Source of the DNA: an uncultured delta proteobacterium
GTDB lineage: Bacteria; Myxococcota; Myxococcia; SLRQ01
Assembly (NCBI GenBank): GCA_963727485.1
Contig: CAVSGM010000001.1
Span: 1-64,000, forward strand
Direction: 5' to 3'
Length of the DNA: 64,000 nt
The position numbers were made by a program, and so were the translations under genes. The notes beneath the pieces were generated by a model. That model did no database searches. It had not been told where the DNA came from and was given only the letters and a program-made list of their open reading frames with translations. Shown here one piece after another: positions 22,637-35,005 of this stretch. Position 1 is the first letter of the stretch; each line of letters opens with the position of its first letter.

Positions 22637-23310
22637 GAGTAGTGCGGGTGCTTGCGGTACGGCTCCCCGTACTTGTCCATGTGGGGCTTGACCTGCTTGG
22701 TGAGCGCCAGGGAGAGCGTGAGCTTCACCGTCCCCCCGGCTTTCACCGTGACCTTCTGGCGGATGGGGTCGGCCAGCGGCTGCCACACGTAGAGGGTCCA
22801 GGTCCCGGCGGGGACGTCGTCGATGGCGAAGTGGCCGGTGTGGTCGGTGACCGCGAAGGCGCGGTTGGGGAGCACCAGGATGGTCCCGGCCATCTGGGGG
22901 TGGATGTTGCAGTAGACGTTCACCAGCCCGGTGCGGTCGAAGTGGATCGTGGGCCGGGCGCCGGGGTGGGCGAGCCCGAGGTCGAAGCGCCGCGCCTGGG
23001 AGACGCTGAAGACGTTGTGGCGCTCCTTGTCGAGGTTGGGGAAGGCCACGGTCTGGCCCCGGGTGATGGGGAGCACCGCCGGCTCGAAGGCCTTGTGCTT
23101 CTGCATCATCACCGCGACCTTGTCCGGCGCGGCCTGGGAGAAGCCCACCAGGTAGACCACCGCCCCGCCGTTGCCCTGCGGGCGCGGGTGCCCGCCCCGG
23201 GTGAGGGTGACCACGCCCTCGACCCGTCCCCCGCTCCCGGCCCGGGCCGCGGCGGCGGGGACGAAGAGGGCCAGGCAGACGAGGACGCCGAGGCGGGGGC
23301 GCGCCCGCAT
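22637..23310 (-). CDS. Exported cupredoxin-like protein with carboxypeptidase-regulatory-like domain (stop codon not seen; 3' end approximate)
   Basis: Signal peptide; FPNLD..HNVFS and YCNIHPQM type-1 copper ligand motifs; TDHTGHFAIDDVPAGTWTL. Confidence 0.8.
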
Positions 23311-24078
23311 CAGATGGCCACCGCGACGATGAGCCGGGGCATCACCACCGGCGTGGTCGGGGTGAGGCCGAAGAGGACCCCGAAGGTCATCCACACCCGC
23401 CCCCGGGAGAAGGCGAGGTCGGGGCCGGCGAAGAAGTGCTTGAGGCCGGTGACCGCGCTGCCCACGGAGATTCTGGTGGAAGTACTCGGCCCCGAGGCGC
23501 CACTCGTCGGAGAGGCGCTGGGTGTAGCCGATCGAGAGGTTCTGGAGGACCATGGTCTTGGGGCCGAAGCCCACGTCGGCGAGGATCCCGGCGTCGACGG
23601 TGAGGTGGCTGCCGTCGAGGTCGCCGAAGGAGACCACCACGTCGGCGCCGGCGAAGGGGTACTGGTGTCCCCGGCCGGCGTTGAGCGGATGGGCGAAGTT
23701 CTGCTGGTAGATGAGGCGGACCAGGGGCCGGACGAAGGCCTGGTCGTCGTTGGGATCGTAGAGGCGGATCCGGGCCTCGGCGGCGAAGTCGGTCATCTGG
23801 GTGCCGGCGGGGGTGACCACCGCCTCCCAGGGGAAGGCCAGCTCCAGGTGCTGGGTGAGGCCGTAGACCGGCGCCAGCCACAGCCACCCCGGCGAGGGGG
23901 TGCCGGGCTTGGGGGCGTGGACCGGGGCCCAGAGCCACTCCTCGAGCTCGAAGTCGCCCTGGTCGACGGTCTGCGTGTCCCAGACCCAGGTGAAGGCCCG
24001 GCGTCCGGCGTGGGCGGGGTGGGCCCAGGCGAGGCCCGAGCAGAGGACGAGGAGGGCGAGGGCGGTGCGTGTGCGCAT
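23310..24078 (-). CDS. Exported protein, probable outer-membrane beta-barrel (frameshift about 23470)
   Basis: Signal peptide (AHA), RAFTWVWDT...ELEEW, amphipathic strands, FAGPDLAFSRGRVW C-terminus in the alternate frame. Confidence 0.6.
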
Positions 24079-24198
24079 GAGCGTTCCCGGCAGGCGGTCC
24101 ATGGTCCCCGCGGGGTCGGGCCGGTGTCAATCGGCCCCGGCTGGCGGCCCCCGCGGCTACGTCTATACTCCTTCGCTGCATCCCCTCTGGAGGTCACC

Positions 24199-24597
24199 AT
24201 GGACAAGGTGCACAAGACCGACGCCGAGTGGCGCGCCCTCCTCGACGAGGCGACCTACCGGGTGACCCGGAAGGGCGCCACCGAGCCCCCGTTCACCGGG
24301 AAGTTCGTGGACCACCACCAAGACGGCACCTACACCTGCGCCGCCTGCGGGGCCCCGCTCTTCTCGTCCGAGACCAAGTACGAGTCGGGGAGCGGGTGGC
24401 CGAGCTTCTTCGCGCCCCTCGGGGCCGAGGGCGTCACCACCGCCCTCGACGAGAGCGGGGGGATGCGGCGGATTGAGATCCGCTGCGCGAGGTGCGACGC
24501 CCACCTCGGGCACCTGTTCGACGACGGGCCCAACCCCACCGGGCGCCGCTACTGCGTCAACTCGGCGTCGCTGGGGTTCGAGCCCGGGGACACCTGA
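24199..24597 (+). CDS. msrB: Peptide-methionine (R)-S-oxide reductase
   Basis: ATEPPFTG, CAAC, KYESGSGWPSF, CARCDAHLGHLFDDGP, RYCVNS; GGAGG RBS. Confidence 0.97.
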   Translation: MDKVHKTDAEWRALLDEATYRVTRKGATEPPFTGKFVDHHQDGTYTCAACGAPLFSSETKYESGSGWPSFFAPLGAEGVTTALDESGGMRRIEIRCARCDAHLGHLFDDGPNPTGRRYCVNSASLGFEPGDT

Positions 24598-24619
24598 GGC
24601 GCCGCCGGGCCCCTCGCCG

Positions 24620-25660
24620 CTAGTACCCGGGCTCGTCCAGGGAGACCTTCCCGGCGAACCAGCGGTAGGCGAACACGAAGTAGAGCCCCACCAGGATCAT
24701 CCCCGGGATCCACCACACCAGGCCGATCTTCAGGCCGTAGGGGGCGGCCGCGGCGGTCTGGACGGTGAGGGCGGGGCCGTCGCCGCCGCGCACCGGGAGC
24801 AGCAGCGGGTACATCCCGAAGACCACCGAGGTGAGCATCCCCAGCAGGTAGGTGGCCGAGCCGAGGAAGGCGCCCAGGGCCCGCCCCCGGCGGTGGAGGA
24901 CGAAGCCGGCCGCGAGGCCCGCCAGCGCCAGGGCCGGGAAGGCGAAGCCCCAGGGTGCCCCGAGCATCCGGGCCCCGAGGTGGGGCTGCACCGCGAAGCT
25001 GGCCACGGTCACCGCGACGGTGAGCGCCGCCACCGCGAGGAAGAGCCCCCCGGCGTAGCGGCGGGCCCGCTCGGCGACCGGGCCCTCGGTCTTGTAGACG
25101 AGCCACAGGGAGCCGTGGAGGGCGAGCGCCACCGCCGAGGCGACGCCGATGATCACCGTGTACCAGTCGAGGATCCCGAGCTGCCCCCCGATGCCGAAGT
25201 CGGTCCACAGGGGCAGGAAGAAGCGGCCGCCGGCGTCGAGGGGCACCCCGCGCACCACGTTGCCCAGGGCGGCCCCGAGGAAGACGGTGAGCAGGGCGCT
25301 CGAGACGAAGAAGATGGTGTCCCAGAACCGCCGCCACACCTCGTGCGCCACGTGGTGGCGGAACTCCAGGGAGATGCCCCGGCCGATGAGCATCCACAGC
25401 ACCAGCATCAGCGGCAGGTAGAAGCCGGAGAAGCTCGCGGCGTAGAGGGGCGGGAAGGCGAAGTAGAGGGCGCCGCCGGCGGCGAGCAGCCACACCTCGT
25501 TGCCGTCCCACACCGGGCCGATGGCGCGCATCACCGTCCCCCGCTCCTCGGGGGTGCGGGCGACGAAGCGCGCCATGGCGCCGGCGCCGAGGTCGAAGCC
25601 GTCGAGGACCACGTAGAGGGCGAGCATCACCGCCACCAGCCAGAACCAGAGGGTAGGCAT
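24620..25660 (-). CDS. cydB: Cytochrome bd ubiquinol oxidase subunit II
   Basis: YVVLDGFDLG, IGPVWDGNEVWL, AFPPLYA. Confidence 0.96.
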   Translation of the reverse strand: MPTLWFWLVAVMLALYVVLDGFDLGAGAMARFVARTPEERGTVMRAIGPVWDGNEVWLLAAGGALYFAFPPLYAASFSGFYLPLMLVLWMLIGRGISLEFRHHVAHEVWRRFWDTIFFVSSALLTVFLGAALGNVVRGVPLDAGGRFFLPLWTDFGIGGQLGILDWYTVIIGVASAVALALHGSLWLVYKTEGPVAERARRYAGGLFLAVAALTVAVTVASFAVQPHLGARMLGAPWGFAFPALALAGLAAGFVLHRRGRALGAFLGSATYLLGMLTSVVFGMYPLLLPVRGGDGPALTVQTAAAAPYGLKIGLVWWIPGMILVGLYFVFAYRWFAGKVSLDEPGY

Positions 25661-25677
25661 CGCGCGTCTCCTTGGGA

Positions 25678-27024
<1,347 letters not shown>

Positions 27025-27136
27025 GGGGTGGACTCCCGAGCGGGTGGGTTCGCAGGGAGGTTAGGCACTCCCGCCGGCGGCGCAGGTTCCGGGTCCCGAT
27101 CAGGCGGGATGGGCACCGCGAGGGTGCGTCCCGGCG

Positions 27137-28054
27137 TCAGTCGCCGGTGGGCAGCGGGCCGGTGAGGGCCTCGAGCTCCTCGGGGGTGAGCTCGGTGATC
27201 TCGTCGTCCCCGGAGCCGGCGGGGGGCACCCATGGCGGGCGCACCTCCGGCCGGGTCTTCTCATAGACCACCGCAAGCACCAGGGTCAGGAGGACCGAGG
27301 TGAGGTGGTGGGCGAGGTAGAGGCCGATGTGGAGCGGGTCGCCGTCGAAAGCGAGGGGGTGGTGGCGGTGGCGGGCGAGCCACACCAGGCGCGGCACGTT
27401 GATGACGCCCCAGACCACGGTGGCCGGGAGCATCGCCACCAGGTAGGCCCCGCCGGCGACGAGGCGGCGGCCCTTCATCCGGTCGTAGCTCGCGGCCAGG
27501 GCGTGGGCTCCCCGGAGGTCCTCGTGGAGGGCGATGGGGCCGGCGAGCCAGAAGGAGAAGAAGACGTAGAGCCCGGGAAACACCAAGAGCCACAGGCCGA
27601 GGTTCCGCCCGAGGCCGATGACCACCTCGACGAGGAGGACGGGCCAGTACCGGCGCACGCCGTCGGCCACGGCGACGGCTACCGAGGGCCTCCGGCCGGT
27701 GACCGCCGCCCGGGCGAGGCCGAGGACCGCCGCCATGCCGAGGACGCCCACGGCGGCGCCGGCGAGGGCCAGGAGGCGCAGGTGGTTCGGCCACGCCACC
27801 TCCGAGGCGATGACCGGGATCGCGAAGATCACCGCGACCACCGCCACCCGGAACCCCACCGCCCGCAGGAGCTTCCACACGCCGCCGAGGATGCCGCCGA
27901 CGGTGAGGGGGTCGCGCTGGATTGGGTGGCGCAGGCGCGCCACGCAGGGCTCGCAGTAGCGCCCGCCCTCCCCGTCGAAGAGGGGCGCGAAGGCGCCGCA
28001 GCGGTCGCAGGGCTCGACGGGGGTCGCGGGGATCGGCGTCGCCGTGGGTTCCAT
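27137..28054 (-). CDS. Hypothetical integral membrane protein with N-terminal CxxC...CxxC motif
   Basis: CDRC...CEPC followed by about 6 hydrophobic segments; host-like codon usage. Confidence 0.65.
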   Translation of the reverse strand: MEPTATPIPATPVEPCDRCGAFAPLFDGEGGRYCEPCVARLRHPIQRDPLTVGGILGGVWKLLRAVGFRVAVVAVIFAIPVIASEVAWPNHLRLLALAGAAVGVLGMAAVLGLARAAVTGRRPSVAVAVADGVRRYWPVLLVEVVIGLGRNLGLWLLVFPGLYVFFSFWLAGPIALHEDLRGAHALAASYDRMKGRRLVAGGAYLVAMLPATVVWGVINVPRLVWLARHRHHPLAFDGDPLHIGLYLAHHLTSVLLTLVLAVVYEKTRPEVRPPWVPPAGSGDDEITELTPEELEALTGPLPTGD

Positions 28055-28384
28055 CGTAGGCCACTCTACCCCACGGCTCCCGCCGGCGTGCGCCCGTCGA
28101 CCGATCCCCCGTGCACGCCGGGGCCGGGGAAAATTCCTGGCATCCGACGGGGATTGGGGCCATACACTGGTCGCCATGGACAGCGACGTTCCCAGTCCCG
28201 GCGGGACTCTCCGCCTCGACACCTAGTCTCGCGTCCTCTGGGTCTCTCTCGCCCTCGGATCGCGAGGAGAAAGAGACCAACCCATGCGTCACCCCGCAGT
28301 GCGTCCCCACCGCACCGGCCGACAGGGCTACCCCTGCGCCGTCTGCGGCCAGGTGGCTCCCCCCGGCCGGATGGAGGTGCTCGG

Positions 28385-29716
28385 ATGACCCCGCCCGCCC
28401 TCGATCCCATCGACGACGTCAACGAGGACGACATCCGGGAGGCCTGGTCGGTGCTCTCCGCCGAGGAGCGCGTCGGCGGCTTCCAGCTCCTCCCCCGGAC
28501 CGAGGCCGAGGACCTCTTCCTCGAGCTCGACAGCCGGGACCAGACCGAGCTCCTCCTCGGGCTCCCGGGGACCGAGCAGCGCCTGTGGATGCGCCTGCTC
28601 GCCCCGGACGACGCCGCCGACCTGGTGCAGGAGGCCCCCGAGTCCGAGCGCCCGGCGCTGCTCTCGCTCCTCGACGCGCCGAGCCGCAAGGAGGTCACGG
28701 CGCTGATGGCCTACAACGAGGACGACGCCGGCGGCCTGATGAGCCCCCGCTTCGTCCGGGTGCGCCCGACCATGAGCGTCGACGAGGCCATCAGCTACGT
28801 GCGCAAGCAGGCCCCGAGCCGCACCGAGACCATCTACTACGTCTACGTCCTCGACGCCGACCAGCACCTCGAGGGCGTGGTCTCCCTGCGCCAGCTCCTC
28901 GCCGCCCCGGCCACCCAGAACGTCCGGGAGGTGATGGAGACCGACGTGGTCACCGCCACCGAGGAGATGGACCAGGAGGCCCTCTCGCGCCTCATCGCCC
29001 GCCACGACCTCCCGGCGGTCCCGGTCCTCGACCCCGAGGGGCGGATGAAGGGCATCGTCACCGCCGACGACATCCTCGACGTCGTCGAGGAGGAGGCCAC
29101 CGAGGACATCCAGAAGATCGGCGGCACCGAGGCCCTCGGCGAGCCCTACCTCCAGATCGCCCTGCCCCGGATGGTGGAGAAGCGCGCCGGGTGGCTGGCG
29201 ATCCTCTTCGTGGGCGAGATGCTCACCGCCACCGCGCTCGGCTACTTCCAGACCGAGATCCACCAGGCGGTGGTCCTGGCCCTGTTCATGCCCCTGATCA
29301 TCAGCTCCGGGGGCAACTCGGGCTCCCAGGCCACCACCCTGGTGATCCGCGCCATGGCCCTGGGCGAGGTGCGGCTCCGGGACATCCTCCGGGTCGGACG
29401 CCGGGAGGTCGCCGCCGGCTTCCTCCTCGGGATCATCCTCGGGATCATCGGCCTCACCCGGATCAGCGTGTGGCACGCCGCCTTCGGCAGCTACGGCCCC
29501 GACTGGTTCTACGTGGCCCTCACCGTGTCCATCAGCCTGGTGGGCGTGGTGCTCTGGGGGACCCTGATGGGCGCGATGCTGCCCTTCGCCCTCCGGAGCC
29601 TGGGCTTCGACCCGGCGAGCGCCTCGGCGCCCTTCGTGGCGACCCTGGTCGACGTGAGCGGCCTCATCATCTACTTCACCGTCGCCCACTTCGTCCTCGC
29701 CGGCCGCCTCCTATGA
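28385..29716 (+). CDS. mgtE: Magnesium transporter MgtE
   Basis: MgtE-N (APDDAAD), CBS pair, EEEATEDI, PLIISSGGNSGSQ, DPASASAPFVATLVDV; GGAGG RBS. Confidence 0.97.
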   Translation: MTPPALDPIDDVNEDDIREAWSVLSAEERVGGFQLLPRTEAEDLFLELDSRDQTELLLGLPGTEQRLWMRLLAPDDAADLVQEAPESERPALLSLLDAPSRKEVTALMAYNEDDAGGLMSPRFVRVRPTMSVDEAISYVRKQAPSRTETIYYVYVLDADQHLEGVVSLRQLLAAPATQNVREVMETDVVTATEEMDQEALSRLIARHDLPAVPVLDPEGRMKGIVTADDILDVVEEEATEDIQKIGGTEALGEPYLQIALPRMVEKRAGWLAILFVGEMLTATALGYFQTEIHQAVVLALFMPLIISSGGNSGSQATTLVIRAMALGEVRLRDILRVGRREVAAGFLLGIILGIIGLTRISVWHAAFGSYGPDWFYVALTVSISLVGVVLWGTLMGAMLPFALRSLGFDPASASAPFVATLVDVSGLIIYFTVAHFVLAGRLL

Positions 29717-31375
29717 GGCCGGCGGGACCGGCGGGACCGGCGGGGCCGCCGCCCGGACCGTGACCACCTGCTCCACCAGGGACCGGCCGAGGTCCTGGGG
29801 ACCGGCGAGGGGCCGGGGCGGCGGGGTGAGGTGGCGCAGGCGGCTGGGGATGTAGCAGCGGAAGGCGCTCCCCTGGCCAAGGAGGCTCTCCACCTCGAGG
29901 CGGGCGCCCATCTCGTGGAGGAGCTGCACCACCACCGAGAGCCCCAGGCCGTAGGAGCCCGGCCGGCGCCGCGCCGGGTCGGAGCCCGCGGGCTCGAAGA
30001 TGGAGCGCAGGTCCTCGGCGGCGATGCCCTGGCCGGTGTCCTTCACCGACACCACCAGGGTCCGGCCCGCGTCGGCGCCGGAGAGCTCCACCTCCACCGA
30101 GCCCTGGTCGGTGTACTTCAGGGCGTTCATCATCAGGTTGTCGAGGACCCGGTCGAGGGCGAGGGCGTCGACCTCGACCTCCTCGGGCGCCGAGGGCCGG
30201 CGGCTCAAGGACACGGTCAGGGGTCGCCCCCGGCCCAGGGCCCGGAGCCGGCGCTCGGTCCGGGCGGCGAGGGCGTCGACGCGTACCGGCTGACGCGCCC
30301 GCTGGCTCTTCCCGTGGCCCAGGGTCGCGAGCATCCCCGCCACCAGCTCGTCGACCTCGTCGAGGGTGTGCAGGTGCTCGTCGACGAGGTGGATGGGGCC
30401 GCCGTGCCGCGCCAGCTCCCGCCGGAGGAGCTCGGCCTGGAGCCGGAGCACCGCCAGGGGGTTGCGCAGGTCGTGGGAGAAGCCCCGGAGGCGGGCGGCC
30501 TCCACCGTGCGGTCCAGGTCCAGGTCGTTGGCCCACTGCCGGCGGATCTCCTCCAGGCGCTGGAGCTCGCGCCGCGCCTCGATCTCCTCCCGGCTCATCC
30601 GCTGCAGGGCCTCGCCGATCTCCCCGGCGACGACGAGGTTGTGGCGGTGGGTGCGGCTGGTCTCCCAGAGCTGCGCCAGGGCGCCCACCAGGAGCGGCAC
30701 CGACACCAGCCCCGCGGGCTCCAGGAGGCCAAAGGCCCGGAGCCCCGCCCCGGCCGCGCCCCCGGCGAGGAGGCCGAGGAGGCCCGGGAGCCACCGCCGG
30801 CCGGCGAGGAAGCGCAGCTCGTAGACGCAGGCGTCGTCGCCCCGGGCGAGGCAGGCGCGCTCGCCCACGTGGGCCGGGGGCATGCCCCAGAGCGAGGGCA
30901 GGGCGGCGCCGCGGCCCATGCGGGCCAGGCACATCAGGCGGCTCTCGGGGAAGGGGCTGACGTAGCGCACCGTGAGCCGCCTCGGCGCCGAGGCCACCAC
31001 CTCGAACCGGGTGCGCGGCGACACCTGGCCGCTGTGGAGGCAGGCGGTGATGAGCAGCCGCCGGGAGGTCCTCGCCAGGAGCGTGAGCACCCCCCCGAAG
31101 CGGCGGAGGTTGCCCGCGAGGCCGTACCCGGCGGCCTCCTGGAAGACCCGGCCGTCGCCGCAGTACCAGTAGACCGCCTGGAGCCACCGCTCCGCCTGCT
31201 CGTGGCTGACGAAGCGCTGGCGATTGTCGAGGTCGGCGGGGTCGAGGCCGGCCTCGCCGGCGGCGCACAGCAGGGCGTCGCGCCCGTGCGTCTCCTCGAG
31301 CCACCGGGCGAGCGGCGCGTACATCTGCAGCCGCAGGTCCTGGGGCCCGGCCCCCCCCGTCGCATCCCCCCTCAC
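29711..31375 (-). CDS. Sensor histidine kinase with N-terminal V4R-like domain
   Basis: C...ERACLARGDDACVYEL V4R-like motif, 2 TMs, H-box FSHDLRNPL, NLMMNALKYT, DTGQGI, GLGLS. Confidence 0.88.
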   Translation of the reverse strand: MRGDATGGAGPQDLRLQMYAPLARWLEETHGRDALLCAAGEAGLDPADLDNRQRFVSHEQAERWLQAVYWYCGDGRVFQEAAGYGLAGNLRRFGGVLTLLARTSRRLLITACLHSGQVSPRTRFEVVASAPRRLTVRYVSPFPESRLMCLARMGRGAALPSLWGMPPAHVGERACLARGDDACVYELRFLAGRRWLPGLLGLLAGGAAGAGLRAFGLLEPAGLVSVPLLVGALAQLWETSRTHRHNLVVAGEIGEALQRMSREEIEARRELQRLEEIRRQWANDLDLDRTVEAARLRGFSHDLRNPLAVLRLQAELLRRELARHGGPIHLVDEHLHTLDEVDELVAGMLATLGHGKSQRARQPVRVDALAARTERRLRALGRGRPLTVSLSRRPSAPEEVEVDALALDRVLDNLMMNALKYTDQGSVEVELSGADAGRTLVVSVKDTGQGIAAEDLRSIFEPAGSDPARRRPGSYGLGLSVVVQLLHEMGARLEVESLLGQGSAFRCYIPSRLRHLTPPPRPLAGPQDLGRSLVEQVVTVRAAAPPVPPVPPAS

Positions 31376-31805
31376 AGCCCCACTATAATCGATCCGCCCG
31401 GCTTGGGGGTCCCCCCGGAGCTGCCCGGGTCACATGCGACCCATCCTGGGGGACCCGGTAGACCCGGACGGGGTCGTGGCGGCCGGGCTCGATGACCTGG
31501 CGCTCCGGCCCGGGGTGCCGGAAACGGTCGCCGGCCTGCTCGGCCTCGCGGCACGGGCGCCTGGCGGGTGGACGCCTGGGGACGGCAGGTTGGCGTTGGC
31601 CAGGAACTTCGAACTCGAGCGCTCGCCGTCCCGGAAGCCGACGTGCATGACATCCATGTCAGGGGAGCGGGCATCCGAATGCGCCCCAACCGTTCGGATT
31701 CACGAGGCTGACGCGCCATGCTCGTCATGGAACACGCCTTGCTGTGCCCTACAGCATGACCCGGCGCCGTCTCGCCTCGCGTCGAACTGGTCCCCCGGAG
31801 GAACC

Positions 31806-33417
31806 ATGAAGCCCGCCCGCCTCGCTGCCCTCGCCTGCGCGCTGTCCCTCTGCTGCGTCCTCGCCGCCTGCGGCGGGTCAGTCCTGACCGGCGGCCCCGG
31901 CGCGAACGGGGCGGTGGGGGCCGGGGACGGTCGAGCGATCCAGGAGGCCGACATCTACAAGCTCGTCGGCCACACGCTGTTCATCCTGAACGCGACCAAG
32001 CACGACCTGGAGATCGTCGACGTCACCCAGCTCAAGCGCCCGAAGCTCCTCGCGACCGTCCCGACCGCCCAGAGCCCACGGCAGATCTACGTGGATGGCA
32101 AGACCGCCTACGTCCTCACCAGCAACGCCGAGGATGTCGACTGCGGCGGCTACCAGGGGGTGTGCGGCTGGCGCGCGCCCGGTGGCGCGGTCACCCAGGT
32201 GGACGTCGTCGACGTGACCGACCCGGCCGCCCCGAAGGTCCTGGGCACGCAGACGCTCCCGGGCGATCTCCAGGACAGCCGCATCGCGGGGCACATCCTC
32301 TACGTGGCCGGGATCGACGCGACCGGCGCCAGCACCCTGGTCGCCAGCTACGACGTCGGCGATCCGACCTCGTTCACCCAGGTGGCCGAGGTCGAGTTCC
32401 CCTTCGGCGATTGGGACATCGGGGTCTTCCTGAACGTCACCGCCACGCGGATTGTGGTCGCGCAGACGGGCGACACCTGTGACCTCGTCCACGACCAGGG
32501 GGACTGCTCGGACGAGCCGGTCACCCAGTTCGTGCCCATCGACATCACCGATCCGAGCGGTGCGCTCACCCGCGGCACGCCCTTCCTGGGCAACGGCGTG
32601 GTGTGGGACCGCTGGGCCATGGACTTCGACCCCTCGACCGGAATCTTCCGCGCCGTGATGTCGAGCGATTGGAACGGCAACCCCGGCGGCGGCGCCCTCA
32701 CCGTCTGGTCGGCGCCCACCACGACCCACGCCCCGACCAGGCTGGGCCGCTTGAGCTTCACCGCGGGCGATCACGTCACCTCGACGGCCTTCGACGGCGC
32801 GCGGGTCTACGTCTCGTCCAACACCTCCGGCACCGGCTGCCCGGATCCCGTGGTCGTCCTCGACACCACCAACCCCACGCATCCCGTCAAGCTCGGCTCC
32901 GTCGACATGCCGGGCGTGAACGACCTGCTCCATCCCCGCGGCGACCGGCTCATCGGCCTCGGTCACGCCGAGCCGGGTGACGCCAACGCCTGCGGGCAGG
33001 GGCAGGGCTACGTCTCCTTCCAGGGCCGCGGGCAGCTCGCCGTCTCCCTCTTCGACGTGAGCGACCCGAGCACGCCGGCGCTCCTGTCGCAGGTCGGCTT
33101 CGGTGCGACCAACAGCACCATCGCGGCCAGCCGCGACGACCTGCGGAAGGCCTTCAAGAATCGTGGACCCGATGGGGCTCATCATCGTGCCCTTCCAGAA
33201 CCTGAAGCCGACGGCGAACCAGGATCAGAGCGACGTCCAGCTCATCGATCTGGGCGACTCGAACCTCACCTTGCGGGGGATGGCGCCGCACCCGGGGCTC
33301 GTCAAGCGGGCGTTCCCGGTAGACCACGACCTCGTCGCCTTCTCGGACCGGACCCTGCAGGTCCTCGACATCCGCGACCGCGACCAGCCCGCCACGGCGG
33401 CGCAGCTCACCTGGTAG
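31806..33417 (+). CDS. Beta-propeller domain lipoprotein (frameshift about 33160)
   Basis: LAAC lipobox, IQEADIYK, repeated DVTDP..P..L strands, LHPRGDRLIGLG, SLFDVSDP; C-terminus in ORF 33103-33417. Confidence 0.8.
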
Positions 33418-34720
33418 CGGGCTGCTGCCGCACGGCGTAGACCCGCACCGGGTAGTGGAGGCCCTTGACCCGGAGCTCGCCCTGGGGGTCGCAGGGGATC
33501 TCGTCGCGGACCAGGGCCCAGGTGGCGTGGCTGATGAGGATCCCCCCGGGCGGGCACTCGGCCTCGAGGCGGGCGGCGAGGTTCACCTGGTTGCCGATCG
33601 CGGTGTAGTCGCGGCGGCCCTCGGAGCCGAAGCTCCCGACGCTCGCCGGGCCGGTGTTGACGCCCATGCGCACCTGGAAGGGCACGGGGATGCCCTCGTG
33701 GAACCACCGGGTGGCGAGCTCGGCGGTGCGCCGCTGCATCTGAACCGCCATGCGCACCGCCCGGAGGGCGTGGTCCCGGTCGTCGGTGGCCACCGGCGCC
33801 CCGAAGAAGATCATCACCGCGTCGCCCACGAACTTGTCGATGGTGCCCCCGTGGCGCTCGGCGATGGTGGCCATCTCCGAGAGGTACTCGTTGAGGATCC
33901 GCGAGAGGTCCTCGGCCTCGAGCTGGTCGGTGGTCTGGGTGAAGTCCTTGATGTCGGAGAAGAAGAGGGTGAGCTTCCGGCGCTCGGGCGGGGCGTCGGC
34001 CTGGTGCTCCCCGGAGAGGATCCGGGCGGCGAGCTGGGCGGGGACGTAGCGGGCGATGACGTCGTTGGCGGAGGCGAGCTCGAGCTCCCGGTGGCGGAAC
34101 AGGCGCATCAGGCGCCGGGCGAGGGCCAGGGAGAGGGGCAGGGCGAAGACGGTGAAGCCGATGGCCTGCTCGGCGAGGACCGGGTTGCGGAGCACCTCGG
34201 GGGGCACCCCGGCGGCGGCGGCGAGAGGGCTGGCGGGCACCAGGCCCATCAGCTGGGCCACGATCAGGGCCAGGTGCGCCGCGCCGGCGAGCAACCAGAG
34301 GACCAGGGTCGCCCCCTCGTCCAGGTAGAAGGCCGCGGCGATGAGGATCGCCGGCAGCCAGAAGATCGCGTGGGTGACCAGCACCCCGAACTGCCAGATC
34401 ACGTACTCGGTGAGCATCAGGTCGAGGACGAAGAGCCCCGTGTTCACCGCCCGGAAGGCCCGGACGCGCCGGAGCACCGGCCAGGTGGCGAGGGCCACGG
34501 TGGCGAGGGTCAGGGAGAGCCACCACAGCCGGCCCGTGTAGTGGCGGAAGGGCAGGCCGATGAGACCGCCGACCCCCCAGGCCGCGATCCGGAAGGCCTG
34601 GAGCTGGAGGGTTCGGCGGCGATCGATCGCCTCGACGCCCGCCCGCACTCCCGGGGCGGTCCGCGCGCCGAGGGCGCGCAGCTGTTCCGCCGACCCGGCG
34701 GGTGAGCAGGCCTCAGGCAT
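33407..34720 (-). CDS. Membrane class III adenylate/guanylate cyclase (start uncertain)
   Basis: About 6 TMs, FFSDIKDFT, DKFVGDAVM, RMGVNTG, DYTAIGNQVNLAARLE, VKG. Confidence 0.92.
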   Translation of the reverse strand: MPEACSPAGSAEQLRALGARTAPGVRAGVEAIDRRRTLQLQAFRIAAWGVGGLIGLPFRHYTGRLWWLSLTLATVALATWPVLRRVRAFRAVNTGLFVLDLMLTEYVIWQFGVLVTHAIFWLPAILIAAAFYLDEGATLVLWLLAGAAHLALIVAQLMGLVPASPLAAAAGVPPEVLRNPVLAEQAIGFTVFALPLSLALARRLMRLFRHRELELASANDVIARYVPAQLAARILSGEHQADAPPERRKLTLFFSDIKDFTQTTDQLEAEDLSRILNEYLSEMATIAERHGGTIDKFVGDAVMIFFGAPVATDDRDHALRAVRMAVQMQRRTAELATRWFHEGIPVPFQVRMGVNTGPASVGSFGSEGRRDYTAIGNQVNLAARLEAECPPGGILISHATWALVRDEIPCDPQGELRVKGLHYPVRVYAVRQQPATR

Positions 34721-34907
34721 TCTTGCCGAGCATACCCGAGGGCCCGTGTCCCCAGCGAGGGGCCGATCCCCCACCGCCGGTCCGCGCGGGCCCCTGCCGA
34801 CGGCCCGGGCCGCCGCCCGCCGGGGCCCCGGGCCGCCGCCCGCCGCCTCCCCGAAAAACGGCGCGGATTTCAGAGGCTTGCGCCCGCACGAGAAGCTGCG
34901 TGGCTGC

Positions 34908-34936
34908 TTGACAACCCAGGGGGGCTCGCATAGTGT
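34908..34936 (+). promoter_or_regulatory. sigma70 promoter of the nuo operon
   Basis: TTGACA-N17-TAGTGT, 70 nt upstream of nuoE. Confidence 0.75.
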
Positions 34937-35005
34937 CCGCGCCCCCGGATGGGCCGGCTACGGGTGCTGCGCCCCGTCCCTTTCCGTCACACCCGCGGAC
35001 ACACC

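Noticed and set aside
20359..24102. 1247 aa ORF
   Set aside because: Chimera of two real genes joined by indels plus read-through into a shadow frame of the cyclase.
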